DNA of 32,000 nt from Erysipelotrichaceae bacterium. Its GTDB lineage: Bacteria; Bacillota_I; Bacilli_A; Erysipelotrichales; Erysipelotrichaceae. The translations under genes were made by a program, and so were the position numbers. The stretch covers positions 480,001 to 512,000 of the forward strand of contig OY781039.1 in NCBI GenBank assembly GCA_963676105.1. The letters run 5' to 3'. The notes below the pieces were generated by a model. It was not told the DNA's origin and made no database searches. It saw nothing but the letters and a program-made list of their open reading frames with translations. Numbering within the stretch: the first letter of the stretch is position 1; the number at the start of each line of letters is the position of its first letter. Positions 17,068 to 25,778 of this stretch are shown here, piece after piece.

Positions 17068-18066
17068 ATGAAAACTAGCATTATTGGTAGTGGATCATGG
17101 GGGACAGGCTTAGCTCAAGTATTAGCTGATAATCAAGAAGATGTCACCATATGGGGACGTAATGTTGATGAGCTTGTTGATATTTCTAAATATCATAAAA
17201 ATGAGAAATACTTTCTGGGCGTTTCTTTAAACGAAAATATTAAAGTAACATCGGATTTTGAAAAAGCATGTGATGCAGATGTGCTTGTTTTAGCCATTCC
17301 GTCAAATGCCATTGATGAAATAAGTCAGTTGATTAATAAATTCGCTAAAAAACCAGTTATAATTGTAAACACAGCGAAAGGTTACCATCCTACTAGTCAT
17401 AAACGTTTATCTGTTGTCATTGAAGAAAGCATCGATTCAACAAAACGTAAAGGCATTGTATCGCTGATAGGTCCGTCTCATGCCGAAGAAGTTGTTCAAA
17501 GACAACTCACGGCAATCAATGCAGTAAGTGAAAGTGAAGAATGTGCTTCTATCATTCAACACTTGTTCTCTAATAATTACTTTAGAGTTTATCGCTCAAC
17601 TGATGTGATTGGATCAGAAATTGGGGTAGCCAATAAGAATATCATTGCGATAGCCAGTGGTATCTTATCAGGATTGGGTTTTGGCGATAACGCAAGAGCT
17701 GCTTTGATTACACGTGGAATTGCTGAAATTACGCGTTATGGCTTATTCTTTGGCGCAAAAGCTGAAACATTCTTAGGGCTGACAGGTATTGGCGATTTAG
17801 TTGTTACTTGTACAAGCGTACACTCTCGAAATTTTCAAGCAGGTTTAGTCATTGGACAACAAGATGGTATCTTAAACTTCCTTGACAATACGTCTAAGAC
17901 AATTGAAGGTGTTCGTGCTTGTAAAATTGTCCATGAAGAAGCCGTAACGCAAAATATCAGTATGCCTATAACAGAAGCAGTTTATAAAGTCCTTTTCGAA
18001 GGCGCAAAACCTAGTGAAGTTTCACAGGATCTTATGCTTAGAGATTTAAAATCTGAATCATTATAA
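17068..18066 (+). CDS. gpsA: NAD(P)H-dependent glycerol-3-phosphate dehydrogenase
   Basis: N-terminal IIGSGSWGTGLA Rossmann motif, 332 aa, follows der as in Bacillus. Confidence 0.92.
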   Translation: MKTSIIGSGSWGTGLAQVLADNQEDVTIWGRNVDELVDISKYHKNEKYFLGVSLNENIKVTSDFEKACDADVLVLAIPSNAIDEISQLINKFAKKPVIIVNTAKGYHPTSHKRLSVVIEESIDSTKRKGIVSLIGPSHAEEVVQRQLTAINAVSESEECASIIQHLFSNNYFRVYRSTDVIGSEIGVANKNIIAIASGILSGLGFGDNARAALITRGIAEITRYGLFFGAKAETFLGLTGIGDLVVTCTSVHSRNFQAGLVIGQQDGILNFLDNTSKTIEGVRACKIVHEEAVTQNISMPITEAVYKVLFEGAKPSEVSQDLMLRDLKSESL

Positions 18067-18082
18067 GTTATTTGTATCACTG

Positions 18083-18111
18083 TTGAAATCGAAAATTACT
18101 CGTGCTATTGT
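18083..18111 (+). promoter_or_regulatory. Promoter for hup
   Basis: TTGAAA (18083-18088), 17-nt spacer ending in TGC, TATTGT (18106-18111; the TG gives an extended -10). SD GGAGG at 18121-18125. Confidence 0.45.
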
Positions 18112-18134
18112 AAAATCAATGGAGGAATACTCAA

Positions 18135-18419
18135 ATGAATGAAGTATTAAACAAAAAAGCGCTTGCTGAAAAATTAGCAGAAGCACACAATCTTACAAAG
18201 AAAGAAGCAGCTGAAATCGTTGAACTCGTTTTCGACTCAGTCAAAGATGAACTCAGCAATGGTGGTAAAGTTGATATCGCTGGTTTCGGTAAATTTGAAG
18301 TTAAAGAACGTAGTGCTCGTACTGGTGTAAATCCTGCAACTGGTGAAAAAATCCAAGTCGCAGCAAGCAAAGTTCCTGGTTTCAAAGCATCTAAAGCATT
18401 AAAAGAAGCTGTTAAATAA
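18135..18419 (+). CDS. hup: DNA-binding protein HU
   Basis: 94 aa. GFGKFEVKERSARTGVNPATGEKIQVAASKVPGFKASKALKEAV is the HU/IHF arm signature. Confidence 0.93.
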   Translation: MNEVLNKKALAEKLAEAHNLTKKEAAEIVELVFDSVKDELSNGGKVDIAGFGKFEVKERSARTGVNPATGEKIQVAASKVPGFKASKALKEAVK

Positions 18420-18435
18420 GAAACGAATATAATTG

Positions 18436-19104
18436 ATGGAAACTTTACTTTATTTTCTTGCATTAGGTCTAGTAATTTGGGCTCAATATGCAGTTAAAGG
18501 GAAGTATAACCATTTCTCACAAGTTTCAACAAATCGACATAAAACTGGCGCAGAGGTAGCACGAGACATCTTACGCTCACGTGGATTGTCAGATGTTGAA
18601 GTATTGATGAGTAAAAATGCCGTATTAAGTGATCATTTTGATCCAAAAAACAATACTGTTAATCTATCGCCTAAGGTGTATAACGAAAGCAGTGTTGCTT
18701 CAGTTGCAGTTGCTGCACATGAAGTAGGTCATGCGATCCAATATGCTGAAAACTATGGTTTTATTGGCGTAAGAAATACGCTATTACCATTAACTATAGT
18801 TTCCGGTAATTTTGGTTGGATTGTTGCGATTATGGGACTTGTCTTGTCATCGACTGGTTTATTCTATATTGGCATCGGGATGATATTGGTTATAGCGCTC
18901 TTTCAAACTGTTACTTTACCAATAGAATTTGATGCATCTAAGCGTGCATTAGCAATCTTAGGTAATGATGGTTATTTAGACATTGATGAAGTCGCAGATG
19001 CAAAATCTATGTTATCTGCAGCGGCATTAACCTATGTTGCTGCTCTACTATCAACTTTAATGCAATTACTAAGGTTAATTATGCTTTCCAATCGAAGACG
19101 ATAA
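18436..19104 (+). CDS. Membrane zinc metallopeptidase, YugP-like (Zn_peptidase_2 family)
   Basis: TGAEVARDILRSRGL...LSDHFDP...VAAHEVGHAIQ (HExxH) and C-terminal TM helices resemble B. subtilis YugP as I recall it. ATG at 18436 (the track uses TTG 18433). Confidence 0.8.
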   Translation: METLLYFLALGLVIWAQYAVKGKYNHFSQVSTNRHKTGAEVARDILRSRGLSDVEVLMSKNAVLSDHFDPKNNTVNLSPKVYNESSVASVAVAAHEVGHAIQYAENYGFIGVRNTLLPLTIVSGNFGWIVAIMGLVLSSTGLFYIGIGMILVIALFQTVTLPIEFDASKRALAILGNDGYLDIDEVADAKSMLSAAALTYVAALLSTLMQLLRLIMLSNRRR

Positions 19105-19131
19105 AATTTTATTTAGGAATATATCACTGAA

Positions 19132-19159
19132 GCTCATACATATAAGTATGGGCTTTTTT
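19132..19159 (+). terminator. Intrinsic terminator after the Zn peptidase gene
   Basis: GCTCATAC (19132-19139), loop ATATAA, GTATGGGC (19146-19153; one G-U pair), then TTTTTT (19154-19159). Confidence 0.6.
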
Positions 19160-19540
19160 AATGCAACAGGACAACAAATTAATCAAATACCAACATTCCC
19201 ATGTGAAACGAGTGAAGTCTTTATTATGGGCTTAAAAGAAGGCGAAAAACTCATCTCTTATGATCCTTTTATTATTTTTAATCAAAACGGACAAGCAATT
19301 GGTCTAGATTCTCAATTTAATCAGTTTTATCACCTTGATAGTAATAGTGAAACAATAAAACTAATCAATATAGACTGGGTAAGTGATTGTGATGATATGG
19401 AAAACTTATTAGATGAAGAATGTGAAACACAGTTCTTTGATTTTAATTATGAAATTAAAGAGTTATTATTACCTGCAATCGTTTTAGTCATGATATTTTC
19501 ATGGTTTGTAAGAAGGGTTATTTATGCGAAAATTCATTAA
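19148..19540 (+). CDS. Hypothetical small protein with C-terminal TM anchor (start uncertain)
   Basis: 130-aa ORF with C-terminal LLLPAIVLVMIFSWFV. Its 3' end overlaps the next gene by 17 nt. The annotated ATG lies inside the 3' arm of the upstream terminator and has no SD. Confidence 0.35.
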   Translation: MGFFNATGQQINQIPTFPCETSEVFIMGLKEGEKLISYDPFIIFNQNGQAIGLDSQFNQFYHLDSNSETIKLINIDWVSDCDDMENLLDEECETQFFDFNYEIKELLLPAIVLVMIFSWFVRRVIYAKIH

Positions 19541-21014
19541 ATACTTACTACCTTGGATATTTCTAGGATTATTTATTCCATTTACGTTAACGGTACATGC
19601 AGAAACGACTGTGTCAAAGGCGAAACTCCCCTATGAAATATTAAATATTAATGTAGAAGGGGACAATTTACATATTTATGGTTGGGCTTTAAATGCCTAT
19701 GTACAACACTTTGACTCATATTATGATCATGGTGTAGACATCGAATTTGTATCTGCAACTGATACATTTAGAATTTCTGCTTATTCGAGTAATTTATCTC
19801 AAACAAATACGATGGAATACTTTGGTTCACCAACATGTTCATATGGCGTTTATAATCAAATTCCAGAGATCTGTAATTATCACTACGATAACGTTGGTTT
19901 TAATGCATATATACCACTATCAAAGTTTAAAACAGGTACTTCTTATCAAACCAATATTATTGTTCATGCCTATAATGCGAATGTTAGTTACAAAACACCT
20001 TTATACTTCCCATTAAAAAATGATTTAGTCCTCACAAAAGATAGTAAAGAATTTAAAATTATTTCTCGTTTAGATGATACAAATCTAACCGTTAGCGCAA
20101 CAACTGTATTAGCTCGTAAAGAACCTTATAAAACTGCACCAACCTGGTATTTGGGTTTTAACTGTTCAACCATTTATCGTAATCAACTATATTTTCTTCA
20201 AAATACAGTTTATCGAAATGTATATGACAAAGTTGTATCTGATAATACTTCATTCTACAAAGTGAATGCTAATTTATTTGTATGTTCTTATAATCGACGA
20301 AGAATTGTTGAAGGGACACAAATAAGTCCTGTTTGGATCGCAAGCCCTTATGTTTTATATAGTGGATCACCATTACAAATTCAAGTAACACAATTAAATC
20401 GTTCACCAAATCTAACGGTAAATAACACTTCCATCTACGAGGGCAGCTCTTTTAATTGGCGTGACTTTTCGAGTGCATTTGATGCAGAAGATGGTGATTT
20501 AACAAGTAAAATAAGTTTAGTATCAACGAATTTCAGCTCTGTTATAGGCAATTATTACTATGATTTAAAAGTTTGTGATTCAAACGGTTCATGTGTCACA
20601 AATCGTTTATGGGTTGAAGTCAAAGAAATACCAAATAATGTTCCTAATCTTTATGCTGCTGATGTAGAATTACTTATAAATTCAGCATTTTATCCTTTAG
20701 ATCATGTAAGTGCTTATGATGTTGAGGATGGAAATTTAACAAGTAAAATAGCTGTTTTAAATAATATAAATACAGGTGTTTTAGGTCAACAAAATCAGTG
20801 TTATGAAGTTTATGACTCTAAAAATGCTAGAGCTGAGAAATGCATTTCAGTCAATATTATTGATTACACAACCTATGCGAATAAATTTAGATTTATTTCT
20901 AACAATTATCTCTTTTATCAAGAAGAAATACCTAGTAATTGGACAGAAAATTTTCAAACTCTAATAGATAATTTAAATAATGATGTTGCATTAATACGAT
21001 TTAGTATAAATTAG
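19524..21014 (+). CDS. Secreted protein: unknown ~265-aa N-terminal domain plus two Ig-like (DUF5011-type) repeats
   Basis: Sec signal peptide MRKFIKYLLPWIFLGLFIPFTLTVHA|ETT. Two ~75-aa repeats carry the motif [FY]D[AV]EDG[DN]LTSKI (aa 319-330 and 398-409), which is typical of DUF5011 Ig-like domains. No LPXTG motif or lipobox. Confidence 0.7.
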   Translation: MRKFIKYLLPWIFLGLFIPFTLTVHAETTVSKAKLPYEILNINVEGDNLHIYGWALNAYVQHFDSYYDHGVDIEFVSATDTFRISAYSSNLSQTNTMEYFGSPTCSYGVYNQIPEICNYHYDNVGFNAYIPLSKFKTGTSYQTNIIVHAYNANVSYKTPLYFPLKNDLVLTKDSKEFKIISRLDDTNLTVSATTVLARKEPYKTAPTWYLGFNCSTIYRNQLYFLQNTVYRNVYDKVVSDNTSFYKVNANLFVCSYNRRRIVEGTQISPVWIASPYVLYSGSPLQIQVTQLNRSPNLTVNNTSIYEGSSFNWRDFSSAFDAEDGDLTSKISLVSTNFSSVIGNYYYDLKVCDSNGSCVTNRLWVEVKEIPNNVPNLYAADVELLINSAFYPLDHVSAYDVEDGNLTSKIAVLNNINTGVLGQQNQCYEVYDSKNARAEKCISVNIIDYTTYANKFRFISNNYLFYQEEIPSNWTENFQTLIDNLNNDVALIRFSIN

Positions 21015-21082
21015 CACCTTTGGACAATTATTCTTATTTATAAGCTAACTTATAATGTATCTGATTAATAGGGGGAAGGGTA

Positions 21083-21685
21083 ATGGTTAAAAGAGAATTA
21101 AATATATGTAAAGAATGTGGGAATGAATACTACGAAGATTTACCAATGTGTCCTAATTGCACAAAACACTATAATGAAGTTTATGGTTATAATTTAAAAG
21201 ATATTAAACCAAAAAATGAATTTGTGATAAAAAACACAAATAAACGATCATATACAAAAATTATTATTATCAGTATTTTTCTAGTTTTTATCTTTATATT
21301 CGTACCAATGTCTTTTAACTATATTATCAGTCTCAACAATACGGAAATCACAAATGCAGTTCATACAAACACTGTAAATACTGTAAATGTAGTAAATCAA
21401 GAACCAAAATCAAATCCACTAGTTATAAACAGTGATATTGATCTGGAATGGATAGAACATAGACTAGTATTTAAAGGTTTGATAAATAATGAAAGTAATG
21501 ATGTTATTAATGGTGCACAAATTACAATTGCATTATTTGATGACAATGAAGTGATATTAGATACTGCGTCAGATTTTATTGATTACATACCAGAAAAAGG
21601 AACATGGGAATTTAAAATAAATTTTTATAATGTGGAAGAAAATGCAACAAGATATAGAATTATTAATCTTATCGCAAATGATTGA
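21083..21685 (+). CDS. Zinc-ribbon / single-TM / FxLYD-like domain protein
   Basis: N-terminal CKECGN-x12-CPNC zinc ribbon, TM segment IIIISIFLVFIFIFVPMSF, and an extracytoplasmic beta-rich domain with ITIALFDDNEVILD...PEKGTWEFK resembling the FxLYD domain. Strong SD GGGGGAAGGG. Confidence 0.65.
   Translation: MVKRELNICKECGNEYYEDLPMCPNCTKHYNEVYGYNLKDIKPKNEFVIKNTNKRSYTKIIIISIFLVFIFIFVPMSFNYIISLNNTEITNAVHTNTVNTVNVVNQEPKSNPLVINSDIDLEWIEHRLVFKGLINNESNDVINGAQITIALFDDNEVILDTASDFIDYIPEKGTWEFKINFYNVEENATRYRIINLIAND
21382..21408 (+). repeat. In-frame 9-bp tandem repeat (3 copies) inside the FxLYD-like gene
   Basis: ACTGTAAAT ACTGTAAAT GTAGTAAAT encodes TVN-TVN-VVN in the juxtamembrane linker. Confidence 0.7.
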
Positions 21686-21792
21686 TATTAGTGATTATTA
21701 TTTACTGCGTATAATGTATATTATGTAATATATATAAATTTGTAATTTAGGATAATTCCCTAATAGGATATACTAATATAGAGGTATCATTC

Positions 21793-21996
21793 ATGGAAAA
21801 TTACACTTGCCCTCATTGTGGCAACACAAGAGATTTTATTGAAGGAAAACAAAATTCTTATTCTAATATTTGGTTTGGATTTCTTAAAGCTCGAATCCCT
21901 AGACATATTATTTGTTTAAACTGTGGAACAATTGTAAGATCATATATTCCAAAAGTGGAAAAACTAAAACCTAAAGAATCAAAATATGATTTATAA
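21793..21996 (+). CDS. Small four-Cys zinc-ribbon protein (67 aa), hypothetical
   Basis: CPHCGN...CLNCG pairs, SD AGAGGT upstream, followed directly by a strong hairpin. Confidence 0.5.
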   Translation: MENYTCPHCGNTRDFIEGKQNSYSNIWFGFLKARIPRHIICLNCGTIVRSYIPKVEKLKPKESKYDL

Positions 21997-22036
21997 AAAG
22001 TGTAGCCCCCCCTTCTTATTTGGGTAGCTACACTTT
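21997..22036. terminator. Bidirectional terminator between the small Zn-ribbon gene and deoB
   Basis: AAAGTGTAGC (21997-22006) pairs with GCTACACTTT (22027-22036), with additional CCC/GGG pairing inside. CTTTTTATTT follows on the plus strand. Confidence 0.6.
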
Positions 22037-22040
22037 CTTT

Positions 22041-23219
22041 TTATTTAAGATCTTTTAAGTATGACATACCATATTCAGTTTGTTTAACATTAAAGTTATC
22101 TGCAATAGTTTTACCAATGGACCCAAAACTATCTTCGTGTAATAAACCAGCTCCTTTAAATGATGGTGAATACATGAGTAATGGAACTAGCTCACGTGTA
22201 TGATCTGTTCCTGAATAAGTTGGATCATTCCCATGATCTGCCGTTAACATTACTAGGTCATCATCTTTCATGTTAGCCATAAATTCACCTAATTGACGAT
22301 CAAATAGCTCTATTTCTTTGGCGTAACCTTCTGGATTGCGTCGATGTCCCCACAAAGCATCAAAATCAACTAAATTCACAAAGCATAAACCTGTAAAGTC
22401 TTTATCTTGTAAACCAATGGTTATATTCATGCCATCTTCGTTAGATTTAGATTTATAAGCTTCTGTAACACCCTGTTTATCAAAGATATCATTGATTTTA
22501 CCCACCGAAATCATATCGAAACCTGAATCTTTCAGTTCATCTAAAGTTGTTCTTCCAAAAGGTTTTAAAGCATAATCGTGTCGATTAGAAGTACGTTTGA
22601 ACTCCCCTGCTTTTTCACCAATAAATGGACGAGCGATGATACGACCCACCTTCCATTCATCTTTCATGGTGATTTCACGTGCAATTTCGCAACAACGATA
22701 TAACTCTTCAAGTCCAAAATGTTCTTCATGTGCTGCAATTTGTAAAACTGAATCAGCTGAAGTATAAACAATCATTTTATTAGATTTGATATGTTCTTCA
22801 CCTAATTCGTCTAATATGACGGTTCCACTAGAAGATTTGTTACCTAATATTCCGTGTCCTGTTCTTTTTTCTAATTCATCTAAAAGTTCTTGAGGGAAAC
22901 CTGTATCAGTAAAGGTTTGAAATGGTTCTGTAATTTTTAAACCCATGATTTCCCAGTGTCCTGTCATAGTATCTTTACCATTTGAAATTTCATGTAACTT
23001 TGTATAATAACCGATTGGGCTTTGATAAGGTTCTACATGTTTTAATGGGTGTAAATTCGCTATCCCTAATTTTTGTAGATTTGGAATTGTAAATGAATCA
23101 ACAAATTCTGCAATGTGACCAAAGGTATCACTACCACAATCATTAAAATCGGCTGCATCTGCTGCTGCACCTACACCAAGTGAATCCATGACGATAGTAA
23201 ATATTCTTTTGTATTTCAT
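22041..23219 (-). CDS. deoB: Phosphopentomutase
   Basis: 392 aa. N-terminal [22 protein letters not shown] and TADHGNDPT motifs. The start overlaps the xerD stop (TAATG). Confidence 0.93.
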   Translation of the reverse strand: MKYKRIFTIVMDSLGVGAAADAADFNDCGSDTFGHIAEFVDSFTIPNLQKLGIANLHPLKHVEPYQSPIGYYTKLHEISNGKDTMTGHWEIMGLKITEPFQTFTDTGFPQELLDELEKRTGHGILGNKSSSGTVILDELGEEHIKSNKMIVYTSADSVLQIAAHEEHFGLEELYRCCEIAREITMKDEWKVGRIIARPFIGEKAGEFKRTSNRHDYALKPFGRTTLDELKDSGFDMISVGKINDIFDKQGVTEAYKSKSNEDGMNITIGLQDKDFTGLCFVNLVDFDALWGHRRNPEGYAKEIELFDRQLGEFMANMKDDDLVMLTADHGNDPTYSGTDHTRELVPLLMYSPSFKGAGLLHEDSFGSIGKTIADNFNVKQTEYGMSYLKDLK

Positions 23220-24109
23220 TATGAGTCTCCTTTTTTGTTCAATGGATGATATTGATCATACGCTTCATGTAAGCGTTTTTTATTAATATGTGTATAGATT
23301 TGAGTGGTTGAAATGTCTGAATGCCCTAAGAGTTCTTGTACAGTTCTAAGATCTGCTCCCCCTTCTAATAAGGAAGTTGCGAAACAATGTCTTAAAGTAT
23401 GAGGAGATAAGTGTTCTGTAATATTTAAAGCCTCTCCCTTTGACCTTAACATAGCGTATACGTATTGTCTTGTGATTCGCTTACCATTAGGTTTCACAAA
23501 GATATAACTATGTTTTTGCTTAATCCATAAATTACGATCTTTGTTTATATAATCTTGAAGGTTTTTCTTTGTTAAATCTGCCATTGGGACAATCCTTTCT
23601 TTGTTCCCTTTGCCTAGAATTCTTAAAATACCCTCTTCAATAAATACTTGATTAAATTGTAAATCAACTAACTCTGAAACCCTTAGACCACAACTATATA
23701 AAAGATCAATCATAGTTACATGAAATAAATCTTTAACACCTGTTCCTATTTCTAATAATTGTTCTATTTTATCACTAGGTAGTGTTTGTGGTAAGCGTTT
23801 AATTTGTTTGATCGAGCGCATATTCAAACTTGGGTTAGTTTCAAGTGAATACTTCTCTTCTAAAAATAAATAAAAATGTTTAATTGAAGATATTAATCTT
23901 AGTACTGATGCATTACTTTTTTCACTTAACTCATCTAAGATAAAGTCATTTAATTGATTGCTTGTTAGTTTGTCTATTTCAAAGTCCGGATAAAAAGCAT
24001 GTAATGATTTTAAGTCAGTACAATAAGCTTGAGCTGTTTGTTTAGACTTCATTTCTACATTTAATAAATAAGATTTGAATTCTTGTAAAACTTCTTCAAA
24101 TTCAATCAT
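23219..24109 (-). CDS. xerD: Site-specific tyrosine recombinase XerD
   Basis: 296 aa. C-terminal [38 protein letters not shown] with catalytic RHRY residues. Embedded between recN and deoB with overlapping stop/start codons, so it is chromosomal rather than part of a mobile element. Confidence 0.82.
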   Translation of the reverse strand: MIEFEEVLQEFKSYLLNVEMKSKQTAQAYCTDLKSLHAFYPDFEIDKLTSNQLNDFILDELSEKSNASVLRLISSIKHFYLFLEEKYSLETNPSLNMRSIKQIKRLPQTLPSDKIEQLLEIGTGVKDLFHVTMIDLLYSCGLRVSELVDLQFNQVFIEEGILRILGKGNKERIVPMADLTKKNLQDYINKDRNLWIKQKHSYIFVKPNGKRITRQYVYAMLRSKGEALNITEHLSPHTLRHCFATSLLEGGADLRTVQELLGHSDISTTQIYTHINKKRLHEAYDQYHPLNKKGDS

Positions 24110-25758
24110 CGCATCTCTTCAGCTCTACTTAGTAATTCATTAGCGGCATTTAAACTATGTTCAGATTGTGTACCACTTAGAATATTTGATAATTCTTTTA
24201 TTCTTTGATTTCGATCTAATTGAGTGATATTTGATTGTGTGGTCATTTCATCTTGTTGTTTTGAAACCACATAATGTTCATCACCAAAGGCAGCGACTTG
24301 AGCTAAATGTGTTACAGAAAAGACTTGCGCAAATTCACTCATTTGATGCATTTTTTGACCAATTGATGTTGCGACTCTTCCAGATACACCGGCATCTATC
24401 TCATCAAAAATAACTGTTTCAATAGCTTGTAGGTGATTAAAGACCACTTTTAGACCTAACATTAAACGGGATAGTTCGCCACCTGATGCGACTTTAATGA
24501 GTGGTTTTAAGGCTTCACCTGGATTCATTGAAATCATAAACTCTACTTGATCAATTCCAGTGTTATTGCCTTCAAATTCAGTAAATTGTATCTTAAACTG
24601 TGCTTTATCAAGGTATAAATCATGAATATGACTTAAAACAGCTGATTCTAGCTCAATAGCACGGTTTTTACGGTGTCTTGATAATTCTAGTGCTTTATTG
24701 TAAAAGATCTCATATAAACGTTTTTTCTCTGCTTCTAATCGTTCAATGACATCAAAACGATTTTCTATAAGTTCAATACGAGCTAATAAGTCTGTTTGTG
24801 TTTGTAAAATGTCTTCAATCGTATGACCAAATTTCTTTTTTAGTTTAGTCATTAAAAATAAACGTTCTTGAATTTGGTTAATTTCATACTCATCAAAATA
24901 AATCTCATCTTGCATGGACTCTATATTTGAAAACATTTCATTGTATTCATGATAAAAGTTGTTTAGTTGATCACTTATTTGAGTGGATTGTTCAATGTTT
25001 TCTAAAGCATTTAAATGTCGCAAAGCTTCATGCAATCGTACACTTACATTATCACCTTCATCTAGCGCATTAATCGCAGCTGTTAAATGTGTATTATTCT
25101 TTTCAAAAGCCATCATTGCTTTTTGTTTTTCTTCTAAAACTTCATCTTCACCAATTTCTAGTTGAGCATCTTCAATTTCTTTAACTTGAAACTGTAAAAA
25201 TTCTAAGTCATCTGGATTGAGTTCATTATTTTGTTTGTCAGCCAAGTCATCTGAAACTTTTTTATAAGCTTTATAAGCATCTTTAACGACATTTAATAGA
25301 TCATCTGAATGGAAAGCATCTAATAAAGATAAGTGATGTTTTGTATTTAATAGATATTGCGTATCATGTTGGGAATGAATATCAACAAGATATTCCCCAA
25401 TCGTACGTAACAATGAAACAGTCACACTTTTACCATTGATACGGGCTATACCACGTCCTTCTTGATTTAGTTCACGTGAAATGATTAATGGATCTTCATC
25501 TAATTCAATCCCATTATCAGCTAAATTTTCTAGAATTCTACTATCTTTTGTTTCAAAAACTGCTTCTATAAAAGCTTTATTTTGATGATGTCTAATTAGA
25601 TCAGTGGTAAAGCGATCACCGCATATAATGCCGATCGCATCTATTAAGATAGACTTCCCTGCCCCTGTTTCACCAGTAAATGCTGAAAAACCAGATTTAA
25701 AATCTAGTGAAAGTGAATCGATTAAAACATAGTTTTCAATTTTTAATGAACTTAACAT
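24106..25758 (-). CDS. recN: DNA repair protein RecN
   Basis: 550 aa SMC-like protein. Walker A GETGAGKS, long coiled coil, signature ASGGELSRLMLGLK, Walker B VIFDEIDAGVSG. Confidence 0.93.
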   Translation of the reverse strand: MLSSLKIENYVLIDSLSLDFKSGFSAFTGETGAGKSILIDAIGIICGDRFTTDLIRHHQNKAFIEAVFETKDSRILENLADNGIELDEDPLIISRELNQEGRGIARINGKSVTVSLLRTIGEYLVDIHSQHDTQYLLNTKHHLSLLDAFHSDDLLNVVKDAYKAYKKVSDDLADKQNNELNPDDLEFLQFQVKEIEDAQLEIGEDEVLEEKQKAMMAFEKNNTHLTAAINALDEGDNVSVRLHEALRHLNALENIEQSTQISDQLNNFYHEYNEMFSNIESMQDEIYFDEYEINQIQERLFLMTKLKKKFGHTIEDILQTQTDLLARIELIENRFDVIERLEAEKKRLYEIFYNKALELSRHRKNRAIELESAVLSHIHDLYLDKAQFKIQFTEFEGNNTGIDQVEFMISMNPGEALKPLIKVASGGELSRLMLGLKVVFNHLQAIETVIFDEIDAGVSGRVATSIGQKMHQMSEFAQVFSVTHLAQVAAFGDEHYVVSKQQDEMTTQSNITQLDRNQRIKELSNILSGTQSEHSLNAANELLSRAEEMR

Positions 25759-25778
25759 ACCTTATTATTATCTCTAAT

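Noticed and set aside
18131-18463. 110-aa ORF on the minus strand
   Set aside because: It is exactly antisense to the well-supported hup (HU) gene. Its Ser/Ala/Leu-rich low-complexity translation is typical of a shadow ORF.
19747-20016. 89-aa alternative-frame ORF inside the secreted-protein gene
   Set aside because: It is on the same strand in a different frame, with no SD. The main frame carries the signal peptide and the repeat structure.
23219-24109. Tyrosine recombinase as a marker of an integrated mobile element
   Set aside because: It has typical XerD length and a typical C-terminal motif, and it is translationally coupled to recN and deoB. There are no flanking repeats, att-like sites or cargo genes.
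24231-25165. Two 60-aa plus-strand ORFs antisense to recN
   Set aside because: They are shadow ORFs within a full-length recN with intact Walker and signature motifs.
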